The notes under the pieces were generated by a model that saw only the letters and a list, made by a program, of their open reading frames with translations, searched no databases and was not told where the DNA came from. Position numbers and translations under genes: made by a program. A stretch of 64,000 bases of DNA from an uncultured Actinomycetota bacterium (lineage in GTDB: Bacteria > Actinomycetota > Thermoleophilia > Gaiellales > Gaiellaceae), in contig CAVREC010000002.1 of the NCBI GenBank assembly GCA_963720045.1, forward strand, positions 69,361 to 133,360. The letters run 5' to 3'. Below are positions 54,450-64,000 of the stretch, piece after piece (position 1 is the first letter of the stretch; every line of letters starts with the position of its first letter).

Positions 54450-55253
54450 AGCCGCGGTCGGCGCGTTCTGCCTGCTCGGCGAGATGCTCCTGCTCGTGCG
54501 TCCTCGGGCCGTGGCCGCTCTCGCGCCGCACGATCCGACCGCGATCAGCGCGGACACGGGCGCAGGGCCGTCGTCGGCGCACCTGCTCGGGACGGACACT
54601 GCCGGGCGCGACATCCTGAGCCGCGTGCTCGCGGGCGGGCCGACGGTGATCGTGCTGCCGCTGATCGCCGTCGTGATCGCGCTCGTCGTCGCGACCGCCG
54701 TCGCGGTCGTCTCCGGCTATCTCGGCGGCGCCACGGACCAGGTCGCGACGCGCGTGTTCGACGTGATCCTCGCGTCCCGGGCGTGCTGCTGGCGCTGCTC
54801 GTGATCACCGGTTTCGGCCGTGGCGCCGCAGCGGTCGTCGCGGCGGTCGCCATCGTCGAGGTTCCGCGCTTCGCGCGAGTCCTACGTGCGGCGACCCAGT
54901 CGGTCGCCTCGCGCGATTACGTTCTCGCGGCCCGCGCTCGCGGCGAATCGGTTCGGTGGATCGCCTTCGGCGAGATCCTTCCCGGGATCGTCCCGACGCT
55001 CCTCGTCGAGGCCGCGCTCGGGATGGCGACCGCCGTGCTCGCGATCGCCGCCCTCTCGTTCCTCGGCCTCGGCGTCCAGCAACCGACGTCGAACTGGGCG
55101 GTGATGGTCTCCGAGAACCGCTCGCTGCTCTTCACCCACCCGTTCGGCGGAGTCCTCGTCCCGGCTGCGCTGATCGCCCTGCTCGCGATCGCGATCAACC
55201 TCACCGCCGACTCCGTGACGAAGGCGCTCGGGGCGCGGGGCCGAGCCGCATGA
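54406..55253 (+). pseudogene. DppC/OppC-like ABC permease, at least 1 frame switch near 54780
   Basis: LAPHDPTAIS..HLLGTDTAGRDILSRVLAG..VSGYLGGATDQVATRVFDVIL is in one frame. LLALLVITGFGRG...EVPRFARVLRAATQSVASRDYVLAARARGES is in another. Confidence 0.75.
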
Positions 55254-57043
55254 GCGTGCTCGAGGCCTGCGGGCTCACGGTCGGCTACCGGGCTGGAGAG
55301 CGGGTGGCGGTCGCGGTCTCGGAGGTCTCCGTGGCGCTCGAGCCAGGACGGATCTCGGGGCTCGCAGGCGAGTCGGGAGCGGGGAAGTCCACGCTCGCTC
55401 TGGCGCTCGCGGGCTACCTCCCGCCGGGCGCGACCGTGGCCGGCGGAACGGTGCTTTTCGCCGGCGAAAACCTGCTCGAGGCGTCGCCCGAGCGCCTCCG
55501 GAGGCTGTGGGGGGCCGAGATCGCTTACCTGCCGCAGGACAGCTCGACGTCGCTCAACCCGGCGCTCCGGGTCGGCGGCCAGCTCGCCGAGGTGCTGCGG
55601 GCTCACGGGCTTGCCGGCAGGGCCGACGCCGAGCGCCGCGCACTCGCGTTGCTCGATCGCGTAGGACTGCCCGACCCGGAACGCGCTCCTGCGGCGCCGG
55701 CCGAACGAGCTGAGCGGCGGCGAGCAGCAGCGGGTCGCGCTTGCGCTCGCCGTCGCCTGCGAGCCCGAGCGCGCTGATCCTGGACGAGCCGACGACCGGC
55801 CTCGACGCGCGAACGCAGGCGCACGTCGTCGCGCTCGTCGAAGAGCTCACGCGCGAGCTCGCAGATCGCGACGCTGCTCGTGAGCCACGACCTCACCTGC
55901 TCGCGACGGTCTGTGACGAGCTGCTCGTGATGTACGCGCGGCGAGCTCGTCGAGCGCGGCCCGGCCCGCGCGGTCTACTGCGACCCGCGGCACCCGTACA
56001 CGGCCGCCCTGCTCGCCGCGCTTCCCACGATCACGACGGACGACTCGCCGCGGGGGCTCTCGGGTGCGGCGCCGCTCGAGACGCTCGGCTACCGCTGCGG
56101 GTTTGCTGACCGGTGCGCGTTCGTGACCGACGGCTGTCTGACGAAGATCGAGCTGACGGCCGGTCGCGCCTGGTCGCGACGTGCGCTGCATCCGGGCGGC
56201 CGACCCGGCGGCGCTCCGGCACGCTTCGGTTCAGCCTCGGCCGCGGCAGCCGGAGAGGCCGGAGCCGGCGGCGACCGCGTTGCTCGCCGCCGACGGCCTC
56301 CGCTGTACCTACGGCCGCACGGTCGTCACTCGAAGGCGTGTCCTTCGCCCTCGACGCGGGCGCGTCGCTCGGCATCGCCGGTGAGAGCGGTAGCGGCAAG
56401 ACGACGCTCCTCCACGCGATCGCCGGGCTGCTGAAGCCGGCGGCCGGCGGCCTCGCGCTCTCCGGCAGGCCACTCGCGGCCCAGGTCGGCGGCCGCTCCC
56501 GCGGCGAGCTCCGCGCGATCCAGATCGTCTTCCAGAACCCCGACTCGACGCTCAACCCGAGCCACAGCGTGCTCGACGGCACTCGGCCGGCCGCTGAAGC
56601 TCTTCCGCGACCGACGTCGAGCCCGCGCGGCGCCGCGACGCCGCGGCCGCGATGCTCGAGCGCGTCGAGCTCTCGCCCCGCCTTCTCGACCGCCGCCCCG
56701 GCGAGCTGAGCGCAGGCCAGCGCCAGCGCGTCGCGATCGCCCGTGCGCTGATCGCCGGCCCCGAGGTGCTGCTCTGCGACGAGATCACCTCGGCGCTCGA
56801 CGTCTCCGCCCAGGCCGCCGTGCTCGAGCTGCTGAACGGCCTGCGCCGCGAAGAGGGCTCGCGCTCGTCTTCGTCAGCCACGACCTCGGCCTGCTGCGCC
56901 ACGTCGCCGACGACCTCCTCGTGCTCGAGGCCGGCCACGTCCGCGAGCGCGGCCCGGCGCTCGAGGTGCTCCGTAATCCCGAGCATCCCTACACGCGCGA
57001 GCTGATCGCCTCGCTCCCGGACCCCGGTGTCCGCGCCGGATGA
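55250..57043 (+). pseudogene. two ABC ATPase domains (DppD/DppF-like, possibly one fused gene), about 10 frame switches
   Basis: Walker A GESGAGKSTL and GESGSGKTTL. Signature LSGGEQQRVA and [15 protein letters not shown]. Walker B LILDEPTTGLD and [15 protein letters not shown] motifs. These are scattered over all three frames (ORFs 54956, 55741, 56113, 56123, 56652 and others). Confidence 0.75.
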
Positions 57044-57969
57044 AAGCCGCCGTGCTCCTCGTCGTGTTCGTACTTGCCGCCACCGCGACCGCCGCAGCCC
57101 CGAGGACGCTGCATCTCGCCGAGCGCACGCCGCCCAACCTCGATCCGGCGCTCGCCCAGAGCCCCGACGCGGTGATGCTCCAGAACGCGATCTGCGACCG
57201 CCTCTACACGGTCTCCCCGACCGGCGCAGATCGTCCCGCAGATCGCAACCGCGCTACCCGCGTCGGGCCGGAACGCCCAGCGCCCGAAGCAGTGGACGAC
57301 CTACACGATCAAGCTCAGCCGGCGGTACCGCTTCCAGGACGGCTCGCGCGTCACCGCCTACAGCTTCGCCGAGGCGTTCGCCCGCGACGCCGACCCCGAC
57401 ATGGCCTCCCCGCCTTCGCAAATGAAGGAGCGTCGTCGGCGTAGCCGCCGTTGCCGCGAGCGAGGCAAGCGCCGTCTTCGGGCGTCCGCGCCGCGAACGA
57501 CACGACGCTCGAGATCGCGACAATGCGGCCGGTCGCCGAACCTGGCAGCACTCCTCGCCGAGCCGTATTTCTGCCCGCGTCGAGGAAGGCACCCCGGACG
57601 CGCCCGGCGGCGTCCGGATCCCGCCGTCCGCGGGCCCGTACGAGGTCGACGCGCAACGCGGCGGCCGAGATCGTCCTGGAGCGGAACCCCCACTACGGCG
57701 GCGCGCGCAAGCCGAAGTTCGCCGAGATCGACCTCCGCTCCGGCGTCGGTTTCGACCCTGCCGTGCCGCCGTCGCCAAGGGCAAGGAAGACATCTGCCTC
57801 GACGCGCTTCCCCAACACGCCGCGAGCCGCCGACCTGGCCGAGCTCGCCGACCCAGGGCTGGCTCTGGAAAGCATCGGCTGCCTGGCGTGGCTTCCCGCG
57901 ATGCGACTCGACCTGACGGGCTCTGCCCGAGCTGATGTGGACAAGCCCGATTTCCGAACACCGTCGTAA
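57040..57969 (+). pseudogene. second family-5 substrate-binding protein, frame-disrupted and apparently truncated
   Basis: Signal-like MKAAVLLVVFVLAATATAAAP and NLDPALAQSPDAVMLQNAICDRLYTV. The continuation (WTTYTIKLSRRYRFQDGSRVTAYSFAEAF and others) is in other frames. Only about 930 nt remain before opposite-strand coding begins. Confidence 0.65.
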
Positions 57970-57988
57970 GCGGGCCGGAGGCCGGCAG

Positions 57989-58507
57989 TTAGCCGTGCGA
58001 CCCGGGAATCCCGCCGCCGGTCCCCGCGCCGGTTCCCACGCCGGTGCCCGCCCCTGGCCCGGCCGTCGGCACCGGGATGTAGGTGATCGTCTTCCCGGTC
58101 GTGATCCGCAGCCCGGCGACGAGCCGCCCGCTCACCGGGGAGGACGTCGATCGCGAGCTGGATGCAGTAGAGGTCGGCGGTGCTGCCGACTGGATAGCGC
58201 TTCTTGCAGAGGCGATCCCGCTCCTGGGCGGTCTGCGGCCATGATCGACCTGGCAGCCCTTCGCCGTCTTGAACGTCTTCGCGAACCGATTTCACCGACC
58301 CGGCGCCCGCATGTCGGTGCACGCCGCCTTCCCGAGCGCGAGGGCCTGCGGGCCCGGCTTGGGGCTGCCCTTGGTCGTGATCACGGCAGCCGACCGGTCG
58401 CCGTGGGCGAATGCGAGCGAGGCGATAGACGCCCGCCAGAGAACGCACGCGGCAGCGCGAGGTAGCGGCGCGAACGTGATCCGGCGCCAGGATGAAGGAG
58501 GGATCAC
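57989..58507 (-). pseudogene. remnant of a small secreted Cys-containing protein (uncertain)
   Basis: Pieces in three frames: ASIASLAFAHGDRSAAVITTKGSPKPGPQALALGKAACTDM; DRLCKKRYPVGSTADLYCIQLAIDVLP; ..ITTGKTITYIPVPTAGPG..GSHG followed by TAA at 57989. Confidence 0.3.
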
Positions 58508-58560
58508 GGTCGGTGCGCATACCTGTGCAAGAGTCTCGTGGCAAGTAGGTTAGCGTGCTA

Positions 58561-59472
58561 CTACTCGGCTGCCATGAGCGCCTGAGCGCTAGCCGTTCGA
58601 ACGGCTAACCACCGCGCGGCGCGGGCTCGCGGACTGCGCGACGTCGGCGATCTCCCCGACGACCGGATCATCGACATGCGCCGTGGCGACGATGATGCCG
58701 CCGGCTCGTGATCGCCGAAGCGGAGGATGATCGTCGCGCTCTCGGTCTCGCCGCCGAGCTCGCGCCCCGAGAAGTCGCTGACGGCCACCGACCTCTCTCG
58801 CCCGCGCCGGACGCCGCGGCCCTTGCCGTCGCCCGCTCCTCCGCCGCGCACGGAGCCGGGCGCGGCGTGCTCGACCGCGCCTAGCAACGGTGCCGAACCA
58901 GCCGGCCGCCCGTGCGTCTGCACCGTCTGGGAACGCGTGGCGGACGCGTTGATCAGGTCGTCGATGAAGTTCAAGAGCGCACGCGTGGTCTCCAGCCGGA
59001 GGCGCAGGTGGATTGCGTGCTCGGCGTCGGTCGCACGTACCTTCGCCTGCGAGCGACTCCATGGCCGCGACCACGGTCGCGCGCTGCGCCGCGAGCAGCG
59101 GCGTCGGGTCGGGCCCGGCCCGCTGCAGGAAGACGAGCTTCAGCACGAACGTCGAATGGGCCTCGCGCATGTGCTCGACCGGCTCGTGGAGCCAGCTCTT
59201 CAGTGCGCGTCCGGCCCGTACGGGTCGGACGGAAGACGGTGCGGTAGGCGCCCTCGCCGGGCTCGGTCAGGTCGCCTCGATCAGGCCCTAGCTTCGTTCA
59301 GCTTGCGGAGCGCCCGGTAGACGCGCTGCCGGTCGCCGGACCAGATCTCGCCGATCTCTGCACCAGGAGCGACCTCGCGGCTGAGCGCCCAGCCGTGCGC
59401 GGGCCGCTCGGCGAGAAGGGCGAGCACCGCCATCTCGCCGCGCGCGAGTGCTCGGTCGTCTCGGGGCATCAC
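58561..59472 (-). pseudogene. PadR-family transcriptional regulator, frame-disrupted
   Basis: Winged-helix N-terminus GEMAVLALLAERPAHGWALSREV...IWSGDRQRVYRALRKLNEA (ORF 59281..59472). PadR C-terminal-type helices are in ORFs 58589..59170 and 58561..58974, in different frames. Confidence 0.6.
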
Positions 59473-59582
59473 CGGCGAGCTTACGACCCGCGGCGGTCAG
59501 AGGCAAGACGAACCCGGCCCGTCGGTCATGCCTAGACAACTCCTTGCCTCTATTAGATCTGCTTGGTACTACTGACGATCGG

Positions 59583-60684
59583 ATGGGGAAGGGTCTCGGC
59601 AGGTACGTGATCGGCTTGCTGCTCGCGACGGCAGTCGTCTCGGCGGCGCTCGCGCTCGGCGGCGGACGAGCGGCGAGCGCCGCGCCGTGCAGAGCGGTCG
59701 ACGTCGGCGGCGGCGCCCGCGCCGTGCCCGCTGTCGTCCAGGTGCACGTAAGCCAGGCGCCATGAATCCGGCCGCCGCATCCGAGACGCCGGCAACCGCG
59801 ACCTGCACGAGGGGGACGACGCTCGTCGGCGGCGGGATTCTCCAGGACCGCGACAACGGCTCGCTGCCGACGAATGGCCTGCGGGTGCACGGCGACGTAC
59901 CGTCCTCCCCGGCCGGCGCGTTTGCGAAGAACGGAGCCGCAACCCGACCTCCTGGACGGGCGTCGGAGGGTTCGGCGGCACGGGCGAGACGGGTGACGAG
60001 GTCAAGGCGTTCGCGCTCTGCGCGAGTGGCGGTCCCGACAAGACACTCGTCGTCTCGAAGACCGTCAAGGGCGCCGATGGCGCCGCGACGAGCAGAAGCT
60101 GACCGTGACCTGCCCGTCCGGCACCTGGCTGTTCGGCGGCGGTGGCGCGACCCATCCGCCGTCGGAGCCCGAGCCTGAAGACGATCGGAAGCTATCCGAG
60201 CACGGCAAGCGGAAGCCGTTCAAGTCGCCGGCCAGCTCGATCCGCGCTCGTGGACGGCGGTCGGCGCCGCCGGGCGGCATGCGCTTCGGCACGGGCCAGC
60301 CGACCACGACCACCGTGTTCGCCCTCTGCTCGGTCGGCACGCCCGTCCACACCGTCGTGGCTCGGAAGGACGTGATCGACCACCCGGCCGGCCCCGGCAG
60401 CCTCCAGCCGGGCAGCGACCCGTTCGTGATCCTGACCGCGACCTGCAAGCCCGGGACGACGCTGCTCGGCGGCGGCGTGCTCGCCGACGGCGACAAGCCG
60501 GGCCCCGACGGCGGTGTACCGCAGCAGGGCGTCCACGTTCGTGGCAGTTATCCGAGCAACGCGAAGGGCCTCGCCGTCGGGCGACCAGGCGACGGGCGTG
60601 TCGTCGTGGACCGGGATCGTCCAGTCCGGCGGCCAGCCGACACCCGGCACGGACTCGCATGTCTTCGCGCTCTGCGAGGAATAG
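59583..60684 (+). pseudogene. secreted protein with three Cys-framed repeats (C-x-x-G-T-x-L-x-GGG ... FALC), frame-disrupted
   Basis: Signal-like MGKGLGRYVIGLLLATAVVSAALALGGGRAASAAP. Repeat pieces TATCTRGTTLVGGG..VKAFALCAS, LTVTCPSGTWLFGGGG..TVFALCS and TATCKPGTTLLGGGV..HVFALCEE-stop are spread over more than one frame. Confidence 0.5.
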
Positions 60685-61600
60685 CGCCGCTGCTGGCTGG
60701 CGGCGCTCGCGGCTTTGCTGGCGCTGGCCGGCTGCGGGCACAGCGCGGTGGGTTCCCGGCGAGCCCGAGCCCGCCTCGTCACCGACGACCAGCTGAGCAC
60801 CGACGTCATGCTCTCGCTCGGTTTCCGTCCGGTCGGCGCCGCCGGACTGACCTCGACCGCATGGCCGCCCGCCCTCGCGCCTTACCTGGCCCGGGCGCGA
60901 GAACGTCGGCTCGCGCACCGGCGGTTCGGCCAACCTCGACGCGATCGCGGGCGCGCAAACCCGACGCGATCCTCGGGCCGATGTCGCTGAAGAGCGGCGG
61001 GTGGGGATCCCAGCTCTCAGCGACGGCGCCGACCTTCTACTACGCGCGCGGCCAGGAAGCGACGAGCTGGCAGGCCGCCGTGCGCGCCGTCGCGGCTCCG
61101 CTCGGCCTGACCGAACGGGCCGACGGCGTGATCGCCGGGCTCGAGCTCCGCGCCACCGCGATCCGCGAGCAGGTGCGCGGGAAGACGATCGGCCTGTTCC
61201 GGATCGTCGCCCCGCAGTCGTTCTCGACGGTGGACGACTACGACCCGGCCGCGACCGTCTTCGAGCAGGACCTCGGGCTTCGGAACGTGCACCTGCGGCC
61301 ACAGCAGTACGGCAATCGGTGCGCCGCCCGTCCCTCGCCGCCGACGGGCGTGCTCGACGGACGAGCTCTTCGTCGGCGTCCTTACCGTCGTGCCGCCGGT
61401 CGATGCGCTCCTGCTCGAGACCGGCTCGGTAAGCCGGTCCGGCCGTGGCCACCTTCGAGTCGAGCCCGTACTTCCGCAGGCTAGCTGCGGTGCGCGCCGG
61501 GCACGTCGCCTCGGCGCCGACCTATGAGGACGTCGGGCCGCTCGGCGTCGCCTACCTCTACTCGGCCGTCGAGCGTGCCTTCGGTCTCGACGAGCTGCAC
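60685..61600 (+). pseudogene. siderophore/cobalamin-type (FecB-like) periplasmic binding lipoprotein, frame-disrupted, start codon unclear
   Basis: Lipobox LAALAALLALAGCGHS lies directly after an in-frame TAG. LVTDDQLSTDVMLSLGFRPVGAAG, PDAILGPM.., GKTIGLFRIV and ESSPYFRRLAAVRAGHVASAP..GPLGVAYLYSAVERAF are in different frames. The 3' end is approximate. Confidence 0.55.
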
Positions 61601-61911
61601 GGAACGGTCGCGGGCCGGAGGGTCGAGCTCACCTTCGACCCCGCGAGCCGCCGGCTCTGCTGGGCCGGTCTGCCGGCCGGCGCGGCGCCGTCTTCTCCGC
61701 GGCCGGAGCCGCGCAAGTCGCTTCCTTCGGCGGCCGGCTGCGCCGCGCTCCCGGGCGGCGACCTCCCTCGCATGGGCCCGGCTCGGCGGCGCCGCGCTCG
61801 AGCGCGGAGCACCGACGCCGATCGAGCGAGTAGTGACACCCGAGTACGTATCGTCTAGGAAATGCCTATCGAGAGCACGCGGGGGAACGCGATGAGCAGA
61901 TACGGCGAGAA

Positions 61912-63477
61912 ATGGACACGCGCGGCCTTCTCCTCGCCGCCGGTCTCGTCGCAAGCCTGGCGCCTTCTCGCCGGGACGTCCCCGGGCGAGCCGCGAGCTT
62001 CGTCGGTCTCGATCGTCACCGCGAGCACGCCGATGCCGAGCATGACGAACTTCAGCACCGCGCACGCGACGGCTGCCTGCCCGTCCGGCTCGACACTCGT
62101 CGGTGGTGGAGACGAGCTCACGCGCAGCGGCACACCGGTTCCGAACGACGGCGCGGTCACACTCGGCCTCAACCCGAGCGACTCGTCGGGAACTCCGTCG
62201 CGCGGCGGAACGACCACGCCGACGAACTGGACGGCGTACGCGGGCTACTCGGGAATGGCTCCCGGCCTCGACACCGTGACCGCCTATGGAATGTGCCTGA
62301 GCGGGGGGCCCGCGGCCACGGTGATCGAAGCCGCGACGACCTCGACCGACTCGCTCGGCCCCGTCACGGCGGTCTGCCCGTCCGGCAGCTCGCTCGTCGG
62401 CGGCGGCGGCGGCTACACCTCCTTCCCGGGGAGCAACAACACGAAGGTCTACGACAGCTTCCCGAGCGACGCGGCCGGCGACGTCCCGCCAACGGGATGA
62501 GCCGGCCCGACGCGCCTGGACGTTCCAGGGCAACAGCAACGACGCCACCGCCGAGACGACAACGGCGATCGCCTTCTGCGCCACCGACGTAGCGGTGCCG
62601 ACCCAGGTCGCCGCTTCGAGCCAGACCGCCAACGCAGTGACCGGCGGATCAACGCTGCCGGCCACGGTGAGCTGCCCCTCCGGGACGACCCTGCTCGACG
62701 GCGGCAGCATCATCGCGAACAATCCCGAGCGGGCCCGGCACGGGCGGCCAGGGCGTCCACGTCATCGGCGACTTCCCGAGCGACGGGTCCGGCAGTCCCG
62801 TCACGAGCTCCGCCGGGTCGTGGACGGTGATCGCCGAGGACGGCGGTCAGAACCTGACTTCGCTCAGCACCAGGCGCTCGCGCTCTGCGCCACGGGCTCT
62901 TCCGGTGGCGGTCCGGCGGCGGGACTCCGACGACGACCGAGACGACCACGGCTCGACATCCGACCACGACCACGACGACCGCGACGCCGCCCGCGGCACG
63001 GCGGCGGCCCGGGCGGCCTCGAGACGGTGGCACCCGCAAGTCGAAGACCGCGAAGCTTACATGCCGGGAAAGCCGGGCTCGCTCACGGTCGGCTCGGGTT
63101 CGCGAGGCCGTGACCGTCAGCTGGCCGAAGGCGGCAACGGGAGGCACGTCGCTGACGGTCGTCCACGGCGACGCCATTCGTCCCCGAGTCGCACGGCGTC
63201 GCCGCAACGACGGCCGCCGTATCAGGTCGTCGTCAAGAAGGGCAAGCGGGACACTGACGCGCCTCGAGCGCGCCGCTCGAGATCACCTTCCCGGGCGCGC
63301 CGGGCAACGTCACCCCGCGTTCACTGTCGACGGAACGCACTGGACAGCGATTCCCGAGCTCCGGGCTCCTCGACGCTGCTCCCGGGACTGACCGACGGCT
63401 GGTACCGCGACAGCCGTGGCGAGCTCCACATCCTGGCGCTGCACGCGACGATCTTCGGCCTGCTGCGGTCAAGGTAG
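61912..63477 (+). pseudogene. paralogue of 59583..60684: three Cys-framed repeats plus a Thr-rich linker and C-terminal domain, frame-disrupted
   Basis: Signal-like MDTRGLLLAAGLVASLAPS. Repeat pieces ATAACPSGSTLVGGGDEL..TAYGMC, VTAVCPSGSSLVGGGGGY..AIAFCA and ATVSCPSGTTLLDGGS..ALALCA, then TVSWPKAATGGTSLTV.. The pieces lie in all three frames. Confidence 0.5.
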
Positions 63478-64000
63478 CGGTTTGACGGCGCGCAGCGAGC
63501 CGGCTGCGCTCGGCTACAGGTCGGCGGCGGCTCTCCCCGGCGGGAGCACTTTGGTCACGTGCAACCGACCCGCTCCGAAGCACTCAGGCCTGGTCGCGAC
63601 AAGGGCCGGAATCATGGCGTCGTGGATCGGAGCTCCGCGCGTCGCACGTGCTGAGCTGCCCTGCCGCGCGCCGCGAAGTGGCCGGCGCTGAACGGTCTCG
63701 GTCGTAGGCGGCGGGCAAGAGCGTGACCCACTCTGTCGCGTCGGGTGGTCGGCTCTCTTCGGCCAGCCCGCCTTCCCGTCGCGGCTTCCGCCCGCCGCGT
63801 CGCTGCGAGGCTCCGGTCGCGGTCCAGCGATCCGAACGGAACGGTCGGAACGACACGCGGCGAGGTTGGGGGGCAGATCGGGTGCCCCGGGGTGACGTCG
63901 ACCTGTGGAAGGTTGTGTCCGAACGAATAGTGTTGACGGAGCATATGGACACGTGATACTAGTCACTCGGGTATCGCATAGGCGAGCTCTGTCACATGTA

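Noticed and set aside
60105-61484. 459-aa plus-strand ORF treated as one gene
   Set aside because: It is chimeric. It contains pieces of the Cys-repeat protein and of the FecB-like binding protein joined by Arg-rich out-of-frame stretches. I interpret it as fragments of two disrupted genes.

Overview
Very high G+C bacterial chromosomal segment; hand-counted coding lines are about 70% G+C. Gene content looks Actinomycetota-like: BTAD/SARP-type regulator, PASTA and FHA domains, Ser/Thr kinase, MIRU-like repeats. The centrepiece is a roughly 25 kb, almost entirely minus-strand, phage-tail-like contractile injection system (CIS/eCIS-type) locus from about 6.5 to 32 kb. It encodes sheath, two tube-family proteins, a chaperone-like pair, a tape-measure-slot protein, a LysM hub protein, a VgrG-like spike, gp25, baseplate J, a gpI-like protein, a DUF4255 cap, an AAA+ ATPase and DUF4157 proteins. 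I see no capsid, portal or terminase genes, no tail fibre and no PAAR gene. The slots where P2-like phages carry fibre genes hold two unusual proteins. One is a zinc-ribbon/TM/PASTA/TolB-propeller membrane protein. The other is a zinc-ribbon/FHA/M50-protease membrane protein. They are followed by a signal-peptide-less SLT plus NlpC/P60 cell-wall hydrolase. A Ser/Thr kinase with an extracytoplasmic propeller converges on the operon end. Left flank: a CAP-domain protein and an Ig-like secreted protein. Right of the CIS: methyltransferases, a LuxR-type response regulator, a BTAD-ATPase-TPR regulator, a GAF-PP2C-RsbW fusion with two STAS proteins, MFS/MarR, an M23 peptidase, an 83-bp intergenic tandem repeat and a polytopic membrane protein. 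The last 12 kb (about 51.9-63.5 kb) is a run of genes broken by many frame shifts: a complete peptide ABC transporter, PadR, a siderophore-type binding protein and two paralogous Cys-repeat secreted proteins. This is either real gene decay or local sequence error. I recognised no rRNA, tRNA, CRISPR array, transposase or integrase. Many long ORFs in the supplied track are Arg/Pro/Gly/Ala-rich shadow ORFs typical of high-GC DNA and were not called. The track also treats GTG/TTG as Met starts.
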